Made by a program: the position numbers and the translations under genes. From positions 15,693 through 79,692 of the forward strand of contig JBAZJU010000007.1 in the NCBI GenBank assembly GCA_041651155.1: a DNA stretch of 64,000 bases, given 5' to 3'. This stretch comes from Patescibacteria group bacterium (GTDB taxonomy: Bacteria; Patescibacteriota; Patescibacteriia; CAIXNZ01). The notes below the pieces were generated by a model, which was not told the origin of the DNA, did no database searches, and saw only the letters and a program-made list of their open reading frames with translations. Of this stretch, positions 50,788 through 59,474 are shown one piece after another. Position 1 is the stretch's first letter. Every line of letters starts with the position of its first letter.

Positions 50788-51162
50788 ATGAAATTAGAAA
50801 CTAAAGTTCTGGTTATTTGGTTTTGCGCTAGTGCGATTGTGTTGCCGCTCTTACGTATTTTTGACAAGGTAAGTTTAAATTTTAGTTTGTTATATTTCGG
50901 CCTTGAGTTGTGGACGCTTTTCATACTGGCGACAATAGGTGATGATGAAAAGTTAAGCCTCAAGAAAGAAATAAAAAGTAACTTAGTGAAATTTCTAACA
51001 TCTTTTGCAGTGTTTCTTGCAGGACTTATATTGATACTAGGATTGCCATCAATCGAGTGGTTCCTGTGGGATGCAACGGGCTTGAGATTTAGTGGAGCAA
51101 TGTTTCTAGTAAGTACAATTGTAACACTTTACATCATTAGAATTTTTTCATCTTTAAAGTAA
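50788..51162 (+). CDS. Small four-TM membrane protein
   Basis: SD AAGGAGGAG; hydrophobic segments. Confidence 0.7.
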   Translation: MKLETKVLVIWFCASAIVLPLLRIFDKVSLNFSLLYFGLELWTLFILATIGDDEKLSLKKEIKSNLVKFLTSFAVFLAGLILILGLPSIEWFLWDATGLRFSGAMFLVSTIVTLYIIRIFSSLK

Positions 51163-51180
51163 CAAAAAAGGAGGAGAAAA

Positions 51181-51456
51181 ATGGTTAAATGGTGTCCAAA
51201 ATGTAAATCTTATGCATCTATTAACCAAGTATACTGCACGCGGTGCGGAACTAAAACAAAGGTCTTCCCTAAATGTCAGTGTGGAGCCGAAATTATGCCA
51301 GCTAACGAATTCTGTGAAAAGTGCGGAACATATCTGCGAGAAAGGCTTACCTTTTGGCAACAACTAAAGCAATTATCTGTAGTTGAAAAAATGGCTTTAA
51401 TTACAATAATTGGATTAATTTGTTTAATGGTGTGTCAATTACTTTTTACCAGATAA
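51181..51456 (+). CDS. Double zinc-ribbon protein with a C-terminal TM helix
   Basis: CPKC, CTRC, CQC, CEKC; SD AAGGAGGAG. Confidence 0.8.
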   Translation: MVKWCPKCKSYASINQVYCTRCGTKTKVFPKCQCGAEIMPANEFCEKCGTYLRERLTFWQQLKQLSVVEKMALITIIGLICLMVCQLLFTR

Positions 51457-51483
51457 AAAAGACAATGAAAAAGGAGAATAAAA

Positions 51484-52059
51484 ATGAATAAATGCCCAAA
51501 GTGTGGCGCTGAAAATCAGCTGGATTACATTTTCTGCCATAATTGTGGCGAACAATTGCTTTTACCATGCCTCACCTGCAATAAAAAACACCTGCCAAAT
51601 CTGAAATTTTGTCCCAATAACGGCAAAAATATTTCTCAAGCTAAGACAGAAGATGAAGCTAAAAAACAATCAGAACTGCAAAAACAATTAGTAGAATTAC
51701 AAAAAAAGAAAGAGGAAAACGAGATTGAGAAAGCCGTCTGGCAAAAATATGGTAAGAGATTAAAATTTGGTGCTTGGTTTTTTGGAATCTCTTTGCTCAC
51801 CATATTTTTTAAATGGATGGCTAACTTGTCTACAGGTAATCCTACTTTAGATAATGACATAGGTAACCATATCATTTGGTCGCTTAGTTGTTCAATTCTA
51901 ATGGCTGGGGGAATTGTATTAGCTGGCCGAATCATTATCTTTGATTATTTTAAGAAAAAAATCAAAAATTCAAAAAAAGAGAGGTTGAATAAATCAAACT
52001 CTTTTCCAAAACAAAGCCCTGAATCACCTAGTATTCAAGGCAAGGAGGAGAAGAAATGA
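51484..52059 (+). CDS. Double zinc-ribbon membrane protein
   Basis: CPKC, CHNC, CLTC; coiled coil; two TM helices; SD AAGGAG. Confidence 0.8.
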   Translation: MNKCPKCGAENQLDYIFCHNCGEQLLLPCLTCNKKHLPNLKFCPNNGKNISQAKTEDEAKKQSELQKQLVELQKKKEENEIEKAVWQKYGKRLKFGAWFFGISLLTIFFKWMANLSTGNPTLDNDIGNHIIWSLSCSILMAGGIVLAGRIIIFDYFKKKIKNSKKERLNKSNSFPKQSPESPSIQGKEEKK

Positions 52060-52334
52060 GGAGAATGGAGATCTGCGCTATTTTCAAAACTTATATTTTT
52101 CTGCTGGAAGCGATGGGTTTCTTTTGCTGGGGCGGATACTTAACAATTTCGTCAAACCTTACAAGGATGCTTGAGATTGACCTTTGTATCTTTGGGGTTC
52201 TCTACTGCATCAACACTTTTTCCTGGGAGTTAAAAAAACTCAAAAAAAAAGAGAGGCTGAATAAAATCAACCTCTTTTTAAATTTCCCTTGCGGCCTTTT
52301 AAATTCTGGCATACGGAACCGATTTAAGGCGTAA
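52056..52334 (+). CDS. Small two-TM membrane protein
   Basis: SD AAGGAGGAG; ATGA overlap with the upstream stop. Confidence 0.6.
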   Translation: MRRMEICAIFKTYIFLLEAMGFFCWGGYLTISSNLTRMLEIDLCIFGVLYCINTFSWELKKLKKKERLNKINLFLNFPCGLLNSGIRNRFKA

Positions 52335-52499
52335 GGGGATTTCTTTGAGCTGCGCCTTGAAAAGTTGGCGAACCTGTTTGTAGGTCATGCCCTCTTTCTT
52401 GGCAAACTCTTTCCAGCGTTCACGCGTTCTCGGATTTTCAGGAAGAAATGATTCATCGTTTTCATCCTTAAAACCCAGGAGTCTTTTTAGCCATTTCAT
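52299..52499 (-). CDS. Small hypothetical protein
   Basis: SD AAGGAG 12 nt downstream of the pgeF stop. Confidence 0.55.
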   Translation of the reverse strand: MKWLKRLLGFKDENDESFLPENPRTRERWKEFAKKEGMTYKQVRQLFKAQLKEIPLRLKSVPYARI

Positions 52500-52511
52500 A
52501 TTCTCTCCTTT

Positions 52512-53234
52512 TTACTTTCTGCCGATAATGGCGATTTGCCGACCTTCATCCTCTTTTTTTACAGCGCGAAAATGCGAAAAAAATAAGTGCTCGTCTTCAA
52601 ACGTGCAATGGGTGTCCATTTCAATATTTTTTTCCAAAACTTGAGCTAGCAGCAATTGGCCTTTGATAGCGCCTGCTATGTTATAGCTTTGCCCCTCAAT
52701 TTTGTAATGATTATAACATATATTCGGGCCAACATAGGAGATTAGCGTTTGCGGATTAATCTGGCACCACTTTTTCATGCAAAATATAGTTTTAGCCACG
52801 ATCATGTCTTTTACACCCGCTGCGCCAGCGTGAATCATTGCAAAATAACCAGTATTCGGCTCAAAAAGCATTACTGGCGCGCAATCTGCAGGCAGTATGG
52901 CTAGGTAAGTATTCTGCGAAAAGCCAATGCAAGCATCAAAACCGGATTTTTTGTCAAACTTATGCAGGTCAACGACCTCGCGGCTTTTTTCATGCAAAAT
53001 AATTCTGCCTTTTTTCTGAAACTTGCTGATTAAAGCCACGTTTGAGGTGTTATTTACTGGCAGTTTGAGCAAGCTTATTTCATCCAGGTTTAAATCCAAT
53101 CTGGCTAAGAACCTCCTCAAATTTTCTTCAGCTTTGCCAGTCTTATCCCTATCATAGGACATGTTGCCATAGTTTTTGGTGGAAACGCCATGAACGACAC
53201 CCCACTCTTTAAAAAGCTCCGACCGAATAATCAT
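52512..53234 (-). CDS. pgeF: YfiH/PgeF (laccase-domain, purine nucleoside phosphorylase-like) protein
   Basis: ADCAPV, IHAG, GPNIC, CT...FFSHFR motifs. Confidence 0.8.
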   Translation of the reverse strand: MIIRSELFKEWGVVHGVSTKNYGNMSYDRDKTGKAEENLRRFLARLDLNLDEISLLKLPVNNTSNVALISKFQKKGRIILHEKSREVVDLHKFDKKSGFDACIGFSQNTYLAILPADCAPVMLFEPNTGYFAMIHAGAAGVKDMIVAKTIFCMKKWCQINPQTLISYVGPNICYNHYKIEGQSYNIAGAIKGQLLLAQVLEKNIEMDTHCTFEDEHLFFSHFRAVKKEDEGRQIAIIGRK

Positions 53235-53310
53235 TACTTGACTCCCTCCGTAGTTTGTTAGGTTGTAAAGTACTTACAATATAATAGCAGATTTTTAAGA
53301 TTTGTCAACT

Positions 53311-53408
53311 GATACTAATTTACGAATTCTATACTAATGATACTAATATTACACCGTAATAACTGTTCCATTGGTATAATTCGTAACATATTAGTACATT
53401 AGTATCAT
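53311..53408. repeat. ~98-bp AT-rich palindromic element, copy 1
   Basis: ACTAAT-repeat left arm, ATTAGT-repeat right arm; close copy at 53760-53858. Confidence 0.85.
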
Positions 53409-53414
53409 AAAAGT

Positions 53415-53443
53415 AAAAGCCCCGTACCAAATGATACGGGGCT
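53415..53443 (-). terminator. Intrinsic terminator of the upstream ncRNA
   Basis: AGCCCCGTATCA-TT-TGGTACGGGGCT followed by TTT. Confidence 0.8.
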
Positions 53444-53445
53444 AA

Positions 53446-53721
53446 AGCGCAGAACTCCCAAAGCCGTTGAGATAGCACGAAAATTTAATCTCCATGAATC
53501 CAACGGGGTCAGTTTGCCTAAGGCTGGTCTTCCACCTTTCGGCTCAGCCTAAGTAAGCGAAATAGAGCCCTATACCACCTACTTACCGACTCAGACTTCA
53601 TCGCCTCCCAGCTTGCCTAAGTTCGAAAGTAAACTCCTTGATAGAGCCAGTTTTGGGACACGATTCCCGGTAATCCGCAGGTTCATGATGCATAGGTGCG
53701 ATTACAACTGTTTCCGCGCTT
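53446..53721 (-). ncRNA. Unassigned ~280-nt structured non-coding RNA
   Basis: TTGACA promoter at ~53752-53757; paired 5' and 3' ends; at least 5 further helices; GC-rich against an AT background; terminator; no ORF in the track. Confidence 0.7.
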
Positions 53722-53759
53722 GATTTTAATTTAAGCAAAGGTTTGTAATAATGTCAAGC

Positions 53760-53858
53760 GAAACTAATTTACTAATTTTATACTAATGATACTAATATTA
53801 CAATCATTACAACTGTCCCATTAGTATTATTCGTAATTTATTAGTACATTAGTATCAT
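53760..53858. repeat. ~98-bp AT-rich palindromic element, copy 2
   Basis: Direct repeat of 53311-53408. Confidence 0.85.
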
Positions 53859-53985
53859 CCTATTTTGCCTTGACATCTCACTAATTCAATGATACTATTT
53901 CAATAACTAACAAAATAAAGCGTTACTCTTGGCTAATCCCAGGCAAGGGACCAGCTCGGATAAGCGCACAAGAAAGCAACCAACT

Positions 53986-54264
53986 ATGCCACTCTCAAAA
54001 GAACAAAAGGATCGGGTTATAAAGAAATTCCGCATCCATGCCACTGACACTGGTTCAGCCGAAGTGCAGATTGCAATTTTGACTGAAGAAATCAAACAGC
54101 TGACAAACCACATGAAAGAACACAAGCACGACTTTTCTTCCCGTTTGGGCTTGATTAAAAAAGTACAAGAAAGAAAGAAACTGTTAACCTATTTAAGAAG
54201 AGAGAATCAGGAAAGTTACGAGAAATTGACTAAAGCTTTAAAATTAAAAACAATTACCACATAA
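53986..54264 (+). CDS. rpsO: 30S ribosomal protein S15 (start at MPLSKE)
   Basis: DTGSAEVQIAILT, HDFSSRLGL, RKKLLTYL. Confidence 0.96.
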   Translation: MPLSKEQKDRVIKKFRIHATDTGSAEVQIAILTEEIKQLTNHMKEHKHDFSSRLGLIKKVQERKKLLTYLRRENQESYEKLTKALKLKTITT

Positions 54265-54351
54265 TACAATTCCCCGTGCGAACGGGGTTTTTGTTTGTAC
54301 TAATTCACGCGAATTAAGACTAATTAGTCAAAAATTTGCGAAAATTCGTGT

Positions 54352-54873
54352 ATGATCAAACACAAAGAGCAAAGAGTGGGCATTTTCGTAGATGTCCAAA
54401 ACATGTACCATTCAGCCAAGAATTTATACAAGGCCAATGTTAATTTCCAAGAAATTTTAAAAACCGCAGTCGCAGGCAGAAAATTAATCCGCGCTGTTGC
54501 CTATGGCATCATAACCATTGGCGGCGAGGAAAAAAAGTTTTTGGAAATTTTAGGCAAACAGGGTTTTGAAGTTAAGACCAAAGAACTGCAAATCTTCCCA
54601 GGCGGAGCTAAAAAAGGCGACTGGGATGTTGGCTTGGCAGTTGATGCCATTAAAATGGCTGACAAACTTGATGTGGTTGTTTTAGTTACTGGCGATGGAG
54701 ATTTTATTCCCCTGATACATTATTTGAGAGAGAATAAGGGCTGTTTGGTTGAATTAATTTCCTTTGAACGCAGCACATCAGGGAAATTGCTGGAAGTTGT
54801 TGATGATTATGTTGATTTGGGAAAAGAGCCGGGGAAATATCTTTTGAAGTCAGTTTTGAAAAGAAGAAGATAA
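54352..54873 (+). CDS. NYN-domain (LabA/DUF88, PIN-like) protein
   Basis: FVDVQN, KGDWDV, TGDGDF motifs. Confidence 0.9.
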   Translation: MIKHKEQRVGIFVDVQNMYHSAKNLYKANVNFQEILKTAVAGRKLIRAVAYGIITIGGEEKKFLEILGKQGFEVKTKELQIFPGGAKKGDWDVGLAVDAIKMADKLDVVVLVTGDGDFIPLIHYLRENKGCLVELISFERSTSGKLLEVVDDYVDLGKEPGKYLLKSVLKRRR

Positions 54874-55069
54874 GGGGTTAATATCTAATTTTTAATGATT
54901 AATTACTAAACAATTTTTTAATGAGTAAATGTTTAAATTTAGTCATTAAATCATTTAATAATTGATTAAAAATTAAAAATTTATAATTAAAAATTAATTA
55001 AATAAAAGCTGACCCGCAAACAATCTGTGCTTGTTTAATTAACAAGTTCAGGAGCTTGCAGGCCAGCAG

Positions 55070-55101
55070 CCCGCCTTCGCTAAAAGCTACGGCATGGCAA
55101 G
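55070..55101. repeat. REP-like element CCCGCCTTCGCTAAAAGCTACGGC
   Basis: Reverse-complement copy at 61514-61543. Confidence 0.7.
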
Positions 55102-55113
55102 AAAGGAAAACTT

Positions 55114-57375
55114 ATGGAAAGTTTACGTTTTGAGAAAGAAATCGCTGGCCGAAAACTCATTATTGAGACCGGTAAATTGGCTTTGCAGGCTAATGGCAGC
55201 GTAACTGTGTCCTATGGCGACACAGTTGTTTTAGCTACTTGTGTAATTTCCAATGAAATCCGCGAGGGCATTGATTTTTTCCCGCTCACTGTGGAATTTG
55301 AAGAAAGATTTTATGCAGCCGGCAGAATTAAGGGTTCTCGCTTTATTAAAAGAGATGGCAGACCCAGCGATGGAGCTGTCTTAAACGGCCGCTTAATTGA
55401 CCGAGCTATTCGCCCTTTATTCCCTGAAGACATTAGAAATGAAGTTCAGGTGATTGTGACAGCGTTATCTTATGATGGCGAGAATGAATCAAAAATGGTT
55501 GGCCTGATCGCTGCTTCAGCTGCCCTGGCAATTTCCAATATCCCCTGGAACGATCCGATTGCCGGCATTACAGTGGGCCAAAAAGAAGGCCAATTAATTT
55601 TAAATCCGACCGTGGCAGAATTAGCCGAAGGTGATTTGGAATTAAATTTGGCTGGAACACCGGAAAAAATTATTATGGTTGAAGCTGAAGCCAAAGAAAT
55701 CCCGGAAGAAACAATTTTAGAAGCATTTAAATTCGGATCCAAAGCATTAAAAGATATTTTGGATTTAATTAAGGATGTGCAAAAAAAAGCAGGCAAGCCA
55801 AAACGAGATATTTTGGAATTAATGCCCAAAGAATCTGAAGAAACTTTAGCTGCTAAAGCAGAAGTTACTAAAAAAGTTGAAGCTTTTGTGGCTGCCAAAG
55901 TTGACCCTTATATTTTGAACGAGAAAAAACCAACCAAAGCCTTGCGCAAGCACGGGCTCAATGAATTAGTCGCAGAATTGGAAAGGAATTTAACTGCCGA
56001 AGGTACAAGCGAAGACTTAATCAATTTTGCGGTTGAAAAAGTCGCCAAACTGGCAGAAGTTAAAATTTCCGCCGCCATCATGGAACGCGAAGTGCGTATT
56101 GACGGCAGAAAACTTGATGAAATCAGGCCGCTTTCATTTGAAGTTGGCTTATTAAAAAGAATTCATGGCACTGGCTTATTCCAAAGAGGAGAAACTCAAG
56201 TTATGACTTTTGTCACTTTAGGTTCGCCAGGTGATGTGCAGTCATTAGATACAATGGAAGAGGTTGGTGAAAAAAGATATATACATTATTATAATTTCCC
56301 GCCTTATTCAGTCGGTGAAGTTAAAAGGATGGGCGGCATGAGCAGGCGAGATATCGGCCATGGCGCTCTGGCAGAAAAAGCCCTAAATCCTGTTATCCCT
56401 TCAAAAGAAGATTTTCCTTACACAATTTTGGTAGTTTCTGAAACCATGGGTTCAAATGGTTCTAGTTCTATGGCTTCAACCTGCGGTTCAACTTTGGCTT
56501 TAATGGATGCCGGCGTGCCAATTAAAAATCCAGTGGCTGGCATTGCCATGGGCTTGGCCGTAGATGGCAAAGGCGGTTATAAAATCGTGACTGATATTCA
56601 GGATTTTGAAGACGGGCCAGGTGGCATGGACTTTAAAATCACTGGCACGCAAAATGGTTTAACTGCCATTCAAATGGATACTAAAACTGACGGCTTAACA
56701 ATGGAAATGATTGAAAAGACTTTAAAACAAGGCCGCAAAGCTTTAGACCAGGTTTTGGATGGTATTAAAAAGTGCATTAGCGAACCACGAGCAGATCTTT
56801 CACCTTTTGCGCCAAGAATTACTTCGTTTGCTATTCCACCGGATATGATTAAAGACGTAATTGGTCCGGGCGGCAAAATGATTCGTAAGATTATTGAAGA
56901 AACCGGAGTTGATATTGATGTTGATGACAGCGGTCTAGTTTTGGTAACTTCCAATAATCCCGAGATGTCTGAAAAAGCTGTTTTATGGATAAAAAATATT
57001 GTTAAAGTGCCGGAAGTCGGTGAAATTTACAATGGCAAAGTAGTGCGCATTATGGACTTTGGCGCGTTTGTGGAAATTTTACCTGGCAAAGACGGCATGA
57101 TCCATATTTCCAAACTAGCCCCAACCAGAGTTAATAAGGTTACTGATGTTGTGACAGAAGGCATGGAAGTGAGAGTTAAAGTTATTGAAATTGACAGCCA
57201 GGGCAGAATTAATTTAGCTTTAATGGAAGGCGGCAATACTCCTCCGCCATTTACCGGGGAATTTGGAGGCGGGAGAAGAGATTCTGATAGGCGCAGCAGC
57301 TTTGGTCATGGTGGCTCTGGCGGTCGTGGCGGACGAGATGATAAAAAAGGATTTTTTAAACGCAGGGAAAGATAA
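55114..57375 (+). CDS. pnp: Polyribonucleotide nucleotidyltransferase (PNPase)
   Basis: RLIDRAIRPLF, RGETQ, SNGSSSMAS, GMDFK, KH and S1 domains. Confidence 0.97.
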   Translation: MESLRFEKEIAGRKLIIETGKLALQANGSVTVSYGDTVVLATCVISNEIREGIDFFPLTVEFEERFYAAGRIKGSRFIKRDGRPSDGAVLNGRLIDRAIRPLFPEDIRNEVQVIVTALSYDGENESKMVGLIAASAALAISNIPWNDPIAGITVGQKEGQLILNPTVAELAEGDLELNLAGTPEKIIMVEAEAKEIPEETILEAFKFGSKALKDILDLIKDVQKKAGKPKRDILELMPKESEETLAAKAEVTKKVEAFVAAKVDPYILNEKKPTKALRKHGLNELVAELERNLTAEGTSEDLINFAVEKVAKLAEVKISAAIMEREVRIDGRKLDEIRPLSFEVGLLKRIHGTGLFQRGETQVMTFVTLGSPGDVQSLDTMEEVGEKRYIHYYNFPPYSVGEVKRMGGMSRRDIGHGALAEKALNPVIPSKEDFPYTILVVSETMGSNGSSSMASTCGSTLALMDAGVPIKNPVAGIAMGLAVDGKGGYKIVTDIQDFEDGPGGMDFKITGTQNGLTAIQMDTKTDGLTMEMIEKTLKQGRKALDQVLDGIKKCISEPRADLSPFAPRITSFAIPPDMIKDVIGPGGKMIRKIIEETGVDIDVDDSGLVLVTSNNPEMSEKAVLWIKNIVKVPEVGEIYNGKVVRIMDFGAFVEILPGKDGMIHISKLAPTRVNKVTDVVTEGMEVRVKVIEIDSQGRINLALMEGGNTPPPFTGEFGGGRRDSDRRSSFGHGGSGGRGGRDDKKGFFKRRER

Positions 57376-57389
57376 ATAAATTAAGAAGT

Positions 57390-57437
57390 ACATAACAAAG
57401 AAGGAGCGATTCATGAATCGCTCCTTCTTTGTTATGT
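57390..57437. repeat. Perfect 48-bp palindrome between convergent genes (REP-like core)
   Basis: ACATAACAAAGAAGGAGCGATTCA|TGAATCGCTCCTTCTTTGTTATGT. Confidence 0.85.
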
Positions 57438-57449
57438 GATTATTGTCGG

Positions 57450-57710
57450 CTATAAACTTTTTAAATCCTCGTAGCTATTTTTTTCAATGTCAGCTTTTAA
57501 CTTATTGAGATCGTCTTCGCTTACATTTAATTTATTATTTTCCTCTGATGTCTCCTTGTTCAAATTTGCAGCCTCATTTTTATTAGCTGCTTGTTTTTCG
57601 TTACTATTTGAATTTGCGTTATTCTCGATTTTACCTTGTTGAGCGGCACAGCCTCCTAAAATTAAGATAAAGACAAGCATCAAGCTAAGACTTATAATTA
57701 ATTTCCTCAT
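57450..57710 (-). CDS. Small lipoprotein
   Basis: Signal peptide with LGGC lipobox. Confidence 0.7.
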   Translation of the reverse strand: MRKLIISLSLMLVFILILGGCAAQQGKIENNANSNSNEKQAANKNEAANLNKETSEENNKLNVSEDDLNKLKADIEKNSYEDLKSL

Positions 57711-57714
57711 ATTT

Positions 57715-58476
57715 TTATTTATTAGTAAGTAATAATTTTAAGGCAAATAATAATTCAGAATTCGCCTCAAGTAAATTTGATCTGGCTAAACGCAGGTAAT
57801 TATTGCCGGCATTAAATTTTATAAGAGGAGTGCCAGGTAATTTCACGACTTTATAAGCGCTCTCTGCCAAATTTACATTATTTTGCGCTTCAGTAATTTT
57901 TCCCTTGGCTGAGTCCAAAATTCTAATTATTTCGCTGCTATTTGAAATTTTTTCAGCTGCTACCCTTAATTTTACTTCATAATTTGACGACTGAGAAATT
58001 TGTTTTTTGCCAATTTCAACCCACATAGCGCCAGTATTTCTGGCCACATCGGTTAATAATTCCAGATAAGCGACGGCCATTTTTAAAAATACAATGCCTG
58101 CCTGCGCTTGGGTGGTGATGCCAGAAACCTCAATTCTGAAATCCGCAATTTTTGCCAAATTTTTATTAACATCGGATTCAATATCATTTTTTATATCAGC
58201 CGGCGCGTCAGGATTATTTTTGGCCTCATTATTTTTCCACTTTAACCAGGCTTCAACTTCATTTAGCGCGGCATTTAAAACATCTTTGGTGGCCGAAATA
58301 AGCTTTTGCTCGTTAATTGGGGTTTTATCTGCCTTATAATCTGCCTGAGCCTGTTTGTAAACGGCTTGGGCGGAGATAGTTCTGCTTTTAGCATTCAGCC
58401 AGTCGCTTTCTGTCTGCGCCAAAACAGGCAAGGCCAGCAAGCTAAAGAGCAAAAATAAGACAATAATTTTTCGCAT
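57715..58476 (-). CDS. Secreted helical/coiled-coil protein
   Basis: Signal peptide LALPVLA; Ala/Lys/Glu-rich. Confidence 0.7.
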   Translation of the reverse strand: MRKIIVLFLLFSLLALPVLAQTESDWLNAKSRTISAQAVYKQAQADYKADKTPINEQKLISATKDVLNAALNEVEAWLKWKNNEAKNNPDAPADIKNDIESDVNKNLAKIADFRIEVSGITTQAQAGIVFLKMAVAYLELLTDVARNTGAMWVEIGKKQISQSSNYEVKLRVAAEKISNSSEIIRILDSAKGKITEAQNNVNLAESAYKVVKLPGTPLIKFNAGNNYLRLARSNLLEANSELLFALKLLLTNK

Positions 58477-58520
58477 AAAAATAAAAATATTTAATTAGAT
58501 GATTTAATTGTAATGGAAAA

Positions 58521-58554
58521 AAGAAAAAGAGGCAATCGCGTGATTGCCCCTTGA
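58521..58554 (-). terminator. GGGGCAATC-N4-GATTGCCTC terminator, copy 1 of 3
   Basis: Also at ~59435-59466 and ~60767-60800. Confidence 0.8.
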
Positions 58555-58579
58555 GTGCTTTTGTTAAAGCTTGGAAGTG

Positions 58580-59332
58580 TTATTGTTTTTTGTTTAGTTC
58601 TTGCCAATACATGGCCAAAAAATCAATGCGCGAAGTGAAGTTCAAAGCTCCAAATATGGCGTAATTTAGCTGCTCAACAATTAATTGGCCAATTGTGGAA
58701 GTATTTTTCAAATGTGTAATTGGCTCATAAATTGTTTTCATGAGCATAGTAATTCGCTGTTGCCAATACGGTGTGTCTCTCAAGAATTGCTTAACAGCCT
58801 TGGCAAGTTCACTCTCGTATCTCTCATGAATTTGGCAGGATTCAGTTAACTTATTTAGGCAAAAAATAATTTTGGCCAGAGTCTCTGGAATTTTCTCTGC
58901 CAAAACATTCTTTGTCCAATTTTTATCCAGCCAGTTGTTTGACTGAAAAATGCCTAAAACTAAACCGAGAGTATAATAGAATGAGGCATTTTCTATAATC
59001 TTTTCCGTGGCTATTGTCTCAAAAGCATTTGAATCCAGACCTTTGTCAAAAGGTTCTGCAAATAGCTCAAGCCAAGAATTAGATTCTAGATCGCTGGCTG
59101 TCAGGGCCATCAATCCTTTGCTGATATTTTCAACTTTTTTGTGATCGTAACTTGTATTTGGATCGACAGAAAGAGTTTCTGCGCTATATCCCACAACTAA
59201 TTCTCGCAAAAGCCGAAATCTGTCTGGCCCATCTTTTGTTAATATGGCAAAAGTTTTTGCCCTAAACAAATTGTTGCTTCCTTTTTGGCCAAAAAGTATA
59301 TTGGCCATCCTGTTTTCTGTTATCATATCCAT
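58580..59332 (-). CDS. Hypothetical helical protein, paralog of the next gene (start at MDMITE)
   Basis: SD AGGAG; shares W...EPF, LG.FQ..NWLD..W and YES.L..A...F.R blocks with 59475-60590. Confidence 0.7.
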   Translation of the reverse strand: MDMITENRMANILFGQKGSNNLFRAKTFAILTKDGPDRFRLLRELVVGYSAETLSVDPNTSYDHKKVENISKGLMALTASDLESNSWLELFAEPFDKGLDSNAFETIATEKIIENASFYYTLGLVLGIFQSNNWLDKNWTKNVLAEKIPETLAKIIFCLNKLTESCQIHERYESELAKAVKQFLRDTPYWQQRITMLMKTIYEPITHLKNTSTIGQLIVEQLNYAIFGALNFTSRIDFLAMYWQELNKKQ

Positions 59333-59429
59333 TTTCCTTCTCCTTCTTTTCTCAAAGAACTTTGTGCCTTCGCTGAAAGCGTTTAGCGTTCTCACGCTAG
59401 TTAAAACTTAGCTTAATATCTGCAAAAAG

Positions 59430-59466
59430 TCAATAAAAAAAAGAGGCAATCGTTTTGATTGCCCCT
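59430..59466 (-). repeat. Terminator-promoter junction repeat, copy 2
   Basis: GGGGCAATCAAAACGATTGCCTC, T run, then TTGACT. Confidence 0.8.
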
Positions 59467-59474
59467 GGAAATTT

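Noticed and set aside
53446-53721. RNase P, tmRNA, SRP or intron identity for the ncRNA
   Set aside because: Conserved signature motifs not found by eye; left unassigned pending cmscan
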